Source of the DNA: Octopus bimaculoides
Lineage: Eukaryota
Assembly (NCBI RefSeq): GCF_001194135.2
Contig: NC_069009.1
Span: 8,729,071 to 8,793,070 of the forward strand
DNA: 64,000 bases
Direction of reading: 5' to 3'
Shown piece by piece: positions 47,111-59,275 of this stretch (the stretch's first letter is position 1; each line of letters starts with the position of its first letter). The translations under genes were made by a program, and so were the position numbers. Under the pieces are notes generated by a model. The model worked only from the letters and a program-made list of their open reading frames with translations. It had not been told where the DNA came from and made no database searches.

Positions 47111-47526
47111 NNNNNNNNNNNNNNNNNNNNNNNNNNNNNNNNNNNNNNNNNNNNNNNNNNNNNNNNNNNNNNNNNNNNNNNNNNNNNNNNNNNNNNNNNN
47201 NNNNNNNNNNNNNNNNNNNNNNNNNNNNNNNNNNNNNNNNNNNNNNNNNNNNNNNNNNNNNNNNNNNNNNNNNNNNNNNNNNNNNNNNNNNNNNNNNNNN
47301 NNNNNNNNNNNNNNNNNNNNNNNNNNNNNNNNNNNNNNNNNNNNNNNNNNNNNNNNNNNNNNNNNNNNNNNNNNNNNNNNNNNNNNNNNNNNNNNNNNNN
47401 NNNNNNNNNNNNNNNNNNNNNNNNNNNNNNNNNNNNNNNNNNNNNNNNNNNNNNNNNNNNNNNNNNNNNNNNNNNNNNNNNNNNNNNNNNNNNNNNNNNN
47501 NNNNNNNNNNNNNNNNNNNNNNNNNN

Positions 47527-47800
47527 AATGTCACCTTCGTTGAAAGAATGCAAAATAAACTGGAAAAAAAAAAAAGAAATCCATGAAACAAAACTCTGTT
47601 GGTGGGAAACTCAGAGTTTCTTAGGAAACTCTGAGGTCCCCACACCCCTTCCCTCCTTTGTTTTCTGGAAGAAAGTAGCTTGCGGTGTGTTTGGAGGTGA
47701 GATACGTTGAATATACTAAAAAAAACCTGTGCCAAAAATTATTTCACACTGAAGTACGAACGAATCCTTTATGAAATATTTACCCAAGATTGGGACAGGC
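47527..47800. repeat. Unclassified repeat family shared with 54040-54420 (one part inverted)
   Basis: aggtgagatacgttgaat..atttcacactga is shared directly, while 47527-47625 is the reverse complement of 54050-54145. Confidence 0.55.
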
Positions 47801-48916
47801 ACGTGAATAGAAGGATCACTAGATGGAAAGGGACAAAAGCAGGAGATGTCAAGAATTGGATGCTCATGTGAATACAAACAGAATAAAACAAGTTTTGCAT
47901 AAATCGGACAATGGGTTATTGAGATACGTGATTTTTTTCAGGTACCTTTATAAATAGCCAAACCAGCATATAATGGGGAAAATGCTTTGAATGTAAGGTA
48001 CCATTGAAATGTGAATACACACAGAATAACGGAAGTTCTGTGTAGAACGGACCATGGATTCCCGAGATACACGCTTTTTGCAGGTACCTTGAACTATTGG
48101 TGACCCAACGGATCATGGGTAGTCTAGTATANNNNNNNNNNTAGGGGACTGTATCTCTGAAAAATCTAAACCTTGTGTATAATACGCACCCTTTTTTAAA
48201 ACTCGAGTCAAGGAGGTCTATATAACGTACTTGGTTTGTAAATGTATATACGGTAACGTCCTTTATTATTATTGTATATATAACATAATGCAAATGTGTA
48301 GCTTTTTTGTGCACTTTGTTTGCATTAAATAAAGTAATAAAAGTAATAATGTCAGTGAAAAATAAATATTAAGTAAATTGCCTTTTCCATATTTATCACT
48401 ATCAGTTACAAAAGCAAAAGCAAAAACATTTATTCAAATTCAACGTCACTTTCAGCATCAAATAACTGTTCCATTTGTTCCTCCGTAAAGCCAGAATGAA
48501 TTCAGACCACGTGTGAATTTGGTCCTTGGTAAAAGCTGTTTTCATAACTATATACTCAACCCAGTGTAACTGTCCCTAATAGCTGTCCTCAGATCTTGAT
48601 ACTCAACCTGGAGCAATAGATGAAGAATTATACCACAACAACACAGCAACATGAATGTGCGTTGAGGTGAAAAATCAACCAAAATATCAAATTTCTGATA
48701 AAGCTCTCTAGTACCAGTAAAATATGATGTTCCACCTGTATTGCATGAATGCCCTGTAATAATGTAGCAATGAATGATGTATATAAACTGACATAACCAT
48801 GCTACAGAGTTATTTTTAGTTCTGTACTTACTGTAGTTTTCTTTTCCCATGCATAATATTACTTTGGGGACTAAATCTGAAAAATTGCACGTGGAAAAGA
48901 ATGAAATGTATATCTA

Positions 48917-50220
48917 TATGCTGGATACTATGTAAGCATTTTAATTTCAGTTCCCAAGATTTATTAAGCAGGATATTTAAAGATCTCATAATTCTGCACA
49001 ACAAAGAGCATGCCCATACCTGTTATTTGAATACATCAATGCCTTTCTTATAATACTCCAGGTAATCCCAAATTGATCTTTCCTATCCTTTAATTCCCAC
49101 GTTTTTTTTCTGCAAATGATATAGCACAAGCTTTATTGTGATTTCTGAAGGAAGAAAGATGATTACGTAATAGTTAAGACAAAAGATGTGTGTGATTGAC
49201 CGTTCATGCTTGGCAAATATATCATTTATGTTCCACAGAAGGTTCTACACTCTTTAGATTTGTCACTTTCGGAATAATATGGAATAATGGGGTATCTAGG
49301 GTCAGGCGGTCAGAAAAACCTCCTCTAGTGACTATTGTGGACAAGGGAGGTAACACTTTGCAAAGTAGTGGTCAGAAATTGATTGTTCCCCGCACACCGG
49401 AAGGTTTGTGTGTGTGTGTGTGTGTGTGTGTATCGCCTCATTCTCAGAGAAACATCCTACAGCATCCACAAACTCAAACAATGAGTGCAGCTGTTACCAT
49501 ATGGCGTTTGGTAAATTCTGTAAAAAAATTTTATTTCTGTGGCTGGAAATGTACATTTCCTTTGATGTCAGAATAAAGTGAAAGAGAGAAAATTGACAGG
49601 GATGTGTGTATGTGTTGATGAGGGGTGCGAGAAAGAAAGTGTGTATTGTGTGTATATGAGAGAGAGAGAGAGGGACAAAGAAAGAAAGAGAGAAGATGTG
49701 TGTTGCTTAGTGTGCGTGGGAGAGAACAGCATACATTTTTTTATTTGTTTTTCTTTGCATCTTTTTTGAATGAGTGTGTGAGTGATAGAGAGAGTGAGAA
49801 AGGGTGTGTCACTATATGTGTGTGTGTAACTGTGTGCCTGAGACACCATTTTTAAATATAAAAATGCTCATTCGCCTGAGAAACATGTATGCATATGTAT
49901 TTATGTATGTATGTGCATATAGCAGATAATGGGTATACGTATATGCTTGTGTGACTGATCCTAGCCATTTTAAACATACATGACAACACCTCACTCTATC
50001 TCAGTCAATCACTCACACACACTCACTAAAAAAGATGCGAAAAAATCTAAATAAATAAAAGAACATTATGCTATCACTCTTGCCCTCTCTCTCTCTCTCT
50101 CTCTCTGTCTCACACACAGCAACACACTTTCTCTCTCTTTCCAACAACACATACCTCTCTCAGTCAATCACTTACACACACATCTACATACATTTAAATG
50201 CATGCATACATACACACATA

Positions 50221-50286
<66 letters not shown>

Positions 50287-51051
50287 TACCTAGGTTCCTA
50301 ATCCAAAACAAGTTATAGATTCAACATTGGGACAGTCCCAGGTATGTTGTTTGTATAAGAGAAAAACACAAATGAAGTTTAAAAACTTATCAGTGGAGAA
50401 GTGAGTGGTGGAGAATGAATATTAACATTGATTCCAGTATAAATGCACTAATTGGTAACTGATCTGATTGTAGTGTAATTGGATATTATGGGTCTACCCA
50501 AGTCCAATTGGACTGTCCTAACTCTGGAAGCATTGATAATTATAATGTTAATATTATACATTTTATGAATGAATCAATGAGTCACTCAATTAGTCTTGAT
50601 AATTTGTCTAACTTATATAATGATAATAACGGTCCTAGGAGCCTGGAAACCCCTAATGATGCAACTGTCATAACAGAGATCTCTGCCCACTTAAAAACAC
50701 CTGCTTAACTAAGATTACTGTTTATAAGTGTGATGTAACAATTGATACAAACACATTCACTTGTATAGACTCAACCAGTTGTAAATTCAAATCTAGATTA
50801 CGTAATCATCTTTCTTCCTTCAGAAATCACAATAAAGCTTGTGCTATATCATTTGCAGAAAAAAAACGTGGGAATTAAAGGATAGGAAAGATCAATTTGG
50901 GATTACCTGGAGTATTATAAGAAAGGCATTGATGTATTCAAATAACAGGTATGGGCATGCTCTTTGTTGTGCAGAATTATGAGATCTTTAAATATCCTGC
51001 TTAATAAATCTTGGGAACTGAAATTAAAATGCTTACATAGTATCCAGCATA
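48917..51051. repeat. Perfect 255-bp inverted repeat (48917-49171 / 50797-51051), 1625-bp spacer
   Basis: No mismatch found on visual alignment, including the T8/A8 run. Confidence 0.9.
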
Positions 51052-51222
51052 CTTTTGCTTACTTCAAGCCTGTTAAGTAATATGTAGTATTACCCCATAG
51101 TTTACCTCTCTTACTTAATAATTCCTTAATTCCTTAAACCTTTATATTCGACACAGTAAAGAACAGCTGAAGTCAACTCTGAAGCAGGTTAGCTTTGATC
51201 TAACTTTTGAGATGACTGTTAC

Positions 51223-51265
51223 CACCCGTTCCAACTACCAACACAATATAAACAATAGTGCAATA
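51223..51265 (-). CDS. Candidate signal-peptide micro-exon (43 nt, phase 0-1) of the minus-strand gene
   Basis: Strong acceptor ttattttattctttctctttcaaacag. Hydrophobic YCTIVYIVLVVGTG. Moderate donor GTG|GTAACA gives the phase 1 needed by the 29306 acceptor. Alternatives exist and nothing is verified. Confidence 0.3.
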
Positions 51266-52176
51266 CTGTTTGAAAGAGAAAGAATAAAATAAGGTCAGAC
51301 AGCAGCAACCACAACCAACTCTGACATTCACATGTGGCCAACGCAGTTCTATTATTAATGACCTGTAGGGACAGTATTTTGTTATAATATACTACAAAGT
51401 ATATTAAATGCTTTAATAAGTCTGTGTTCTACTGTGTTAGCAATGCTATTACATCACTTGTTAAGGTTATCTGTACAGATTTTCTATAGAAGTTATGACC
51501 AGCACCAATTTTGTTACGTTTCATATCTGAGTATGCCTGATGAGATCAGAGATGAAAAATGGGTAATGGGTGTATATGGAATATTTCTTTCATCAGCACC
51601 CATCCAATCTATATCTATCTATCTATCTATATAGATATGCAGGGCAGGGAAATCATCAATTAGTAATAAAATTAATAATTAACAATTCTGCCGGGTAGCT
51701 TCATATCTATCTATATATATAGATAGATAGATCGCTAGCCCCTAAACCATTTTTTATTTCTGTGCTCCTTTCTGTGGAAGAGCGTAGGCTCGAAACATCT
51801 GTTTGTTGTTTACACACCCACCTTCATCTTTTGTTTTTTTTGTAAATTCTCACTATATATATATATATATGTATATTTGGAATCCTCTGTTTAGTGGGTT
51901 AATCCACTACTCAGGAAGAAACTATTCTAAGAGTGCGTCTGCCTTATCTTTGAAACGCCTAGTTTAGAATAGAGGCAGCTGATGAAGGAATAATTCCATA
52001 AGTGGCTTGTTTGTTTTCCTGTGTTTGTTCTGTTGTCTGTAAACAAAGTCCGTTTTGTCTTTATGTTCCTGTTCATTTTTCTAATGTCCTGTACCTGAAT
52101 ATGCATCTATATACACATGTAGATGTAGGTGTGTACATATATGCATGTAAACATGCATATGCTTATATATCATTTG

Positions 52177-52217
<41 letters not shown>

Positions 52218-52804
52218 GACATTGTTGGCAGTGACATGTCCTTCAGATCCAAGGATTGATTTCTCCTTCTGGATGAATATTTGGACCATTAATGTTGGTG
52301 ACAAATGAGGCTAATCCTCACACAGGACACGCCTTGTTAAGGTTATCTCTACAGATTATCTATAGAAATTATAGCCAGGACTCATTTGTCACAATGTTTC
52401 ATATCTGAATATGTCTAATGTAAATCAAAAGATTGAAGATAAGAAAATAAATACGTAATGGGTGTACATGCAATATTTCAGTTCTTGCTTCTTCTTCAGC
52501 ACCAGATGCAACCCATTGGCCTCAATAAACTCATTGCTTAAATAATCACTAAATATAGTGGTGTAATGTTATTGGATATATCAGTTTTACATATTAAACA
52601 CGTCCCTGGCAGCTGGTTTGTATAGAAATTCTGTAGAGGTAACCTTAAAAAGTGATTGAATGCCACTGCTGACATGAGAGGAAACAGTATTGACTTTAAC
52701 CCTTTAATATGTTTGCTGATATATTATGGTTGCATAACTAAATATGGTGTCCTTACAAGTATTTAGTATATATATGTGTGTGTGTGTGTGTATAAATATA
52801 CAAA

Positions 52805-53700
52805 TGCAACAGATGGATTGTGATTCACTATAGCCGTTTCAGAAATGTTCCTTACTGATGAGCAGAAGTGTTACATCATGGATGAAAACAATTTTCATCA
52901 GGTGAATACAGGTAAGAATTAGTAATTAGAACTTCTCAAGAACAAGTACATATTGCCAGATGACTCAGGTGGTCCAAATTCGGTCAGAGTGAAAATTTTA
53001 AGTAAGTATCAAGTTTATAATGAGGAACTTGTTAAAGGGCCTGGATCAGGGCGGGAAGTAGATTAAGAAGTATAAGGAAGTGGGGAAAGAAAGACTGAAG
53101 AAGAGAGAAGCGAGTGCATGATCTTGTTTGACCCCGTAAAGAGTTATAAATAAAGATAGTTTCTAAGGAGTTCCTTGTCATAAAATTGATGCTAACTTAA
53201 ACTTTGCACACTCTGATCAAATTTGGATTGCCAGAGTCATCTGGCATTATGTATTTGTTCTTAAGAAGTTCTAATTGTTAATTATTACCTGTCTTCACCT
53301 TACTGGCACTTGTGCTCGTGGCATGTGAACAAAACATTGGACTGACTCCTGTGCAGGTGGCACATAAAAAAACACCATTTGTGCGTGGTCGTTGCCAGTA
53401 CCGCTGGACTGGCCCTCATGCTGGTGGCACATAAAAAGCACCCACTACACTCTCAGAGTGGTTGGCGTTAGGAAGGACATCCAGCTGTAGAAACTCTGCC
53501 AGATCAGATGGAGTCTGGTGTAGCCATCTGGTTCACCAGTCCCCAGTCAAATTGTCCAACCCATGCTAGCATGGAAAGCGGATGTTAAATGATGATGATG
53601 ATTCATTTGATGAAAACGTTTTTCTTTTGTATGATGTAACACTTCTGTTCATCAGTAAAGAACATGTTTGAAACTGTTGTAGTGAACCACAAACCATCTG
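52805..53700. repeat. Fold-back element with ~220-bp arms and long-stem-II hammerhead-like motif; right arm interrupted by an RTE tail (53301-53601)
   Basis: Arms 52805-53030 and 53168-53300 plus 53602-53700. Minus strand attcac CTGATGA ... GAAA c ggct a TA gtgaat at 52823-52907. Confidence 0.65.
53301..53601 (+). mobile_element. RTE 3' tail insertion
   Basis: ggtggcacataaaaa repeats, gagtggttggcgttaggaagg, (gat)n end. Imperfect TSD ttcacct / ttcattt. Confidence 0.8.
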
Positions 53701-54873
53701 TTGTTATTGTCTATTCTTCACCTAACTCGGAACCGGCAATTCGTTTGGATCTGGAGTCTATAGACAGCAGTACAATAGGTGCAGTGAGTGTACCCATGCA
53801 TGACCTTGATGACTCATTGTGTATTCAGTCAGCCATTTGTGAATGTATGCATAACTGGAGAACAAATTCGTGTTTACTTTAGTGAGTATTCATTGTTATA
53901 CAATGGTTTCTACACAATAGTGCTATGACTGACTTGATCTTTGTGTTTTCTCTATTTAAAATACCTGATTCTCTTGAATCCTGGAAATTTTTTTACATAA
54001 ACATACATTTATATATATATACACTAGACTACCTGTGACACATTGGGTCACCAGGAAACTCTGAGTTTCTCAGCAATGGAGTTTTATTTCGTGTTTCTTT
54101 TCTTTTCCAGGTTATTTCGCATGCTTTCAACAAATGTGACATCGAAATCACGTGTAAACAGCTCCTTTCCTCAGAAAAAGAAAGATTTGGCTTCTATTTC
54201 TTGCACACCCTGCTGCCACGTAACAGCTATTTCGGGTCCTTTATCGCAAATAGCTGTTACGTGGGAGCAGGGCATGCATGAAATAGCAGCCAAATCTTTG
54301 AAGGTGAGATACGTTGAATGCATTTGAAAAAAAACTTATGGAAAAAAGCTATTTCACACTGAGGTTATAGACAGGCCTTTTGCAAAATATCTACCATATT
54401 TTTGAAGTCATTTTCACTTTAGAATNNNNNNNNNNNNNNNNNNNNNNNNNNNNNNNNNNNNNNNNNNNNNNNNNNNNNNNNNNNNNNNNNNNNNNNNNNN
54501 NNNNNNNNNNNNNNNNNNNNNNNNNNNNNNNNNNNNNNNNNNNNNNNNNNNNNNNNNNNNNNNNNNNNNNNNNNNNNNNNNNNNNNNNNNNNNNNNNNNN
54601 NNNNNNNNNNNNNNNNNNNNNNNNNNNNNNNNNNNNNNNNNNNNNNNNNNNNNNNNNNNNNNNNNNNNNNNNNNNNNNNNNNNNNNNNNNNNNNNNNNNN
54701 NNNNNNNNNNNNNNNNNNNNNNNNNNNNNNNNNNNNNNNNNNNNNNNNNNNNNNNNNNNNNNNNNNNNNNNNNNNNNNNNNNNNNNNNNNNNNNNNNNNN
54801 NNNNNNNNNNNNNNNNNNNNNNNNNNNNNNNNNNNNNNNNNNNNNNNNNNNNNNNNNNNNNNNNNNNNNNNNN

Positions 54874-54904
<31 letters not shown>

Positions 54905-55039
54905 AATACACACTTACAAATAAACACTGCTTAAAACTGAAAGTGAATTAAAGCACTCCCACAAAAAGGGGAAATCAGAGAAAGAAGCCAGGGCTGTAAA
55001 AGATATAAAGACAAATTCTAAAGTCTTTTAAGAGTCTGC

Positions 55040-56345
55040 TTCAGTATGCTCATGACTGGGCCATTGTATGAAGAAAATGGCTCACCAACTCCAGACCCCC
55101 AGAGAATAAGTGAAAAATTGAATGTGCAATGCAAAAACGTTTTCACAACTCCATTGGGTCACTTGTAAATATGCCTGATGAGTTATTCAGCAACACAACT
55201 CTACACAAAGAGATGACGACTATTGATTGCACTGAAGCAGAGGAAACTGATGTAGTATCAGCCATTGATGAAATGAGCTTATACTCAGCCACAAGCCCTA
55301 ATGGATTCCAAACAACCCACTTAAAGAAATGCAGGGGTCACTACAGATCCTCTTACAAAGCTTCCTTGCAACTGGGAGACTTCCCAGAAAGTTAAGGAAA
55401 AGCATAATATATCCTATCCATGAAGGAGCTAGCAGAGTGGATGCTAAATATTCTAAGCCTGTCTCTCTAACCTCACATGTCAGCAAAGTCATTGTCAGGA
55501 AGAAGCTGATCATGCACCTAGAGGATAACGACTTGCTCCCTGACACCCAGCATGGCTTCCACTGCCCTACAGAGCTTCAGACAAGAAACGAGCTGCTCAA
55601 ATGTGAATGTGATATATTGCAATTTTGCAAAGGCTTTTGATAAGGTTGATCATGGGATAGTATGTCACAGGCCGAATGGAGTCTTCTTGAAGGAGTCAGT
55701 AATAGCAAGTGGAGTGTCTCAGGGAATTGTCTTGGGGCTGTTGCTGTTTATGGTAGCTCTTTCAGACATGCCATCAGTTATACAGGCAGTCATGCTTACT
55801 TGCTGTGCCAATGATAGAAAGGTAGTAAAAGCAGCCAAGGAACCTTCCAATGCTGATCCTCTAAAGAAAGACTTTGATGTCATATATATAAATACAGGCT
55901 TATGAAAACAATATGCAATTTAATACAGGAAAATTCCAAGTCATCTGCTATCAGTTAGCAGCTTGTGCTAACATGCTACAACAAAGACATTTTGGACACA
56001 AAGGACTGGCAATCCCAGAGTCAAACAGTGCATGATCTGGGAATTGATATGAGCAACAACACCTTGTTTCAAGATGGTGGCAAGGTGCAGGTGAATGGCT
56101 CAATGGATTCTGAGAACCTTCAGAACAAGGGTCAAGTACACTATGCTGGTTCTATGGAGGATATTTATATTGAGCCATCTGGACTACTGCTCTCAACTGT
56201 GGTCACCCTATTGTGTGAAACTGATAGCAGAACTTGAGGCAGATCAGCGGTACTACACCAGGAAGATTGCATCAATGGAACAGCTGAGCTACTGGGAGAG
56301 ACTGAGAGTTACGACTATTCACATGAGCAAAGACAGGAGAAATAT
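55040..56345 (+). mobile_element. Degenerate CR1-like LINE RT region
   Basis: PVSLTSHVSKV, QHGF, NFAKAFDKVDHG, SGVSQGIVLGLLLF, LDYCSQLWSP, LSYWERL. Confidence 0.85.
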
Positions 56346-56455
56346 GGAAAATAAGACAAGGTAGAAAATGGTAAAATAATTTTATCATGAAGAACATTTT
56401 AGTATATTCTATACAGGGAATAACTGTCTCTGATCTATAAACTATATATGTACAA

Positions 56456-56490
<35 letters not shown>

Positions 56491-56637
56491 GCTTATAGAT
56501 CAGAGACAGGTATTCTCTGTGTAGAATACACTTTGCAGTGCTCAAAAGATTTTAATTTGAGCAAGTAGAGTAAATGTAAGGACAAGCAAGTTAGGCATAT
56601 CAATATATACAAAAAATATTAAATACATTTAATATAA

Positions 56638-57140
56638 TTTACATTGGACGGTGTCCTCATCTTTGTTGTTACCCCAATGTTTCAGCTGATTTACTCTCCA
56701 GCCTTCATCAGATGTCCTGGTAAAATTTTGAACCCAACTCTGGGTTCTCATTTCTAAGGTATTTTTTTGCTGATGTTATTATTATTATTATTTATTCAAG
56801 GCACTGCCTGGAACTGAACTTGCAATCTTGGGGTCAGTGAATTTCAAAATTCACTCTATAATTGCCCACAGGCATATAGTGTAATGGTTAAGAGTGCAGG
56901 CTATTAACCCCAAGATTGTGAGTTCAATTCCAGGTAGTGCCTTGAATAAATAATAACAACATTAGTAAAAAAAATACCTTAGGAATGAGAACCCAGGGTT
57001 GGGTCCAAAATTCGACTAGGACACCTGATGAAGGCTAGAGAGTAAATTAGCTGAAACGTTGTAGTAATAAAAAAGATGAGGACACATATCTGTCCAATGT
57101 AAATAATGTACAGAATTCCTCATCTCTAAAATATAGAACA
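56638..57140. mobile_element. Older copy of the tRNA-headed hammerhead fold-back element (full + copy, inverted truncated - copy)
   Basis: Head ggcatatagtgtaatggttaagagtgcagg at 56871. Hammerhead core at 57020-57065. 13-bp TSD acatttaatataa (56625 / 57141). Confidence 0.8.
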
Positions 57141-57164
57141 ACATTTAATATAAAAAGTGTACAT

Positions 57165-57452
57165 ATGTATACATATAAAAAAAAGTCCGACTCACACAGA
57201 ATAGAAATGATATCAGGAATTAAAGGGCTTAAGTAGGAGTTTTATGAGTCCAACAGCTGTTTCTTGGAGCTTGGTGGTCTAAAATAATGATTGTAACTGG
57301 ATTCCATCATTGGATAACACCAGCCTCCATCTTCGGGGAAGAATTTTACATTTGAGGAATTGACAGAATGGTGTTTAAAGTTCCTACTCAACGCCTTTAA
57401 TTCCTGATATCATTCCTATTCTGAATAAGTCGGACTTTTTATTTGTATACAT
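57165..57452. repeat. Fold-back element with ~80-bp arms and degenerate hammerhead-like motif on - strand
   Basis: aaaagtccgact..gaaatgatatcaggaattaaagg / cctttaattcctgatatcatt..agtcggactttt. Minus strand CCGAAGA tggag..ctcca a GAAA cagctg tt. Confidence 0.55.
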
Positions 57453-57964
57453 TTGTAGTAACGCCGTGTGCATGCATAGTCTCATGCATGCGTGGAATTA
57501 AACAAGCAAGCGTTCCCGCTCAATTCATTCTCTTTCTTGCTCGCCAGCAATAGAGCATGGACGTGTCAAGCAGTGTCTCTGACATTCCAGCCTGGAGACA
57601 GTCTCTTTACGTGTATAGCTGTCACTCTCCATCTTTCGGACTTACACTCGACAGCTCACTCACATCTACATAACAACGTCCCAACAACTATACTCACACA
57701 CATAGAAGCTGTAACAACAAGAGCTAAAGATGTATATATTTACCACCTGAATAAATGTTGTTTAAGTTGATAGTCTGGAGTTCAGCGTTCCGTTATATTC
57801 TATAATTTTATATAGGAAAGTCAGGTATACATCTAATGATGTATAACCAACTTTCCTATACATTTGTACAAGTTTTGCATTAAATGTATTTAATACTTTT
57901 TGTATATGGACTTGCCTAACTTGCTTGTTCTTACATTTACTCCTATACACACACACACACACAC

Positions 57965-58170
57965 ACCATCATCATCATCCTTTAATGTCCGTTTTCCATG
58001 CTGGCATGGATTAGACAGTTTGACCACAGCTGGCAAGCTATACCAAGTTCTAGTTTGATTTGGCTTGGTTTCTATGGCTGGATGCCCTTCCGAATGCCAA
58101 CAACTTCATAGTGTGTGCCAGGTGCTTTTAACATGGTACTACATGAGCGCTTTTATGTGGCATCAGCACA
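57965..58170 (-). mobile_element. RTE 3' tail fragment
   Basis: catcatcatcctttaatgtccgttttccatgctggcatgg..ggctggatgccctt. Confidence 0.75.
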
Positions 58171-58458
58171 CAACTCTTGTAAGCCAATCTTCTTCGCCAG
58201 GAGGATTGGCCTTAACACTTCCCGTCAGAAAGGTTCAGCGTCGTGAGGTCGTCAGCATTGATTCACATCACATGACCAAACCACACTGCATCTAATTCTT
58301 CTATACACAAACACACACATAAATGTATAGTCATATATACATACCTAAATAGACAGTTACGTACACACATACAACATGGCCACAGTCAAATGAGTGAAAC
58401 AAGTAAACGAATAAAACACTATACTCACACATGGTCTGCACCATCACGATAGACATAC

Positions 58459-58690
58459 CTCTAGATCGTTCATACGTCACAAACAAAGAAACGGTTCACT
58501 GACTTCTACGGGTTAGAGCACCTACCAGAATCGACAGTAACATGTTCTTTAAATTGAATTTAAACTTTCTTGAAAAGTGAGTGTGCATTAGAGAAAACCC
58601 GCAAGATATAGGACGGTCATCGCTGGAATGTAGGTGATCATAAATGAGGCACAGAATAACTAGGAAAAGTTTTGAATCTGACTCACACCC
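58459..58690 (-). promoter_or_regulatory. Candidate first exon / TSS region of the minus-strand gene
   Basis: Non-repeat sequence with visibly retained CpGs. Donors AG|GTATGT (58458) and CTG|GTAGGT (~58523), each preceded by an ATG giving phase 0 (MNDLE| or MLLSIL|). Confidence 0.3.
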
Positions 58691-58719
58691 ATAGATCGTT
58701 TTGTGGTGAGTGTGCGTGC

Positions 58720-58760
<41 letters not shown>

Positions 58761-58901
58761 NNNNNNNNNNNNNNNNNNNNNNNNNNNNNNNNNNNNNNNN
58801 NNNNNNNNNNNNNNNNNNNNNNNNNNNNNNNNNNNNNNNNNNNNNNNNNNNNNNNNNNNNNNNNNNNNNNNNNNNNNNNNNNNNNNNNNNNNNNNNNNNN
58901 N

Positions 58902-58961
<60 letters not shown>

Positions 58962-59227
58962 GTGCAATACATTACAAATAGGTATGCACATGTACAGGTG
59001 TTGTATGCGTACGCATATAAGGATATGTGTCACATACAGAAGACACATGTGTGTGTGCGTATGTATATGTCCCAGAATATACATACATATGTATACATAT
59101 ATATGTGTGTATATACACACACACACACACACATATATGGCTACCCATAAACCGGCCTCTCCCATTATATTAACTGCTCTACATCTTAGAGTGTGCTTCT
59201 CCGGATTTATGTTTTTCTACAAACGAT

Positions 59228-59275
<48 letters not shown>

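Noticed and set aside
48548-48850. ORF with hydrophobic MLLCCCGIILHLLLQ as the signal-peptide exon
   Set aside because: Weak donor (GTTGAG) in phase 0 that needs a further weak micro-exon near 43.6 kb; kept only as a secondary alternative.
51450-52500. Old ~150-bp direct repeat with CTGATGA/CTGAAGA and GAAAC on the minus strand
   Set aside because: Stem I cannot be formed in either copy; treated as a decayed repeat only.
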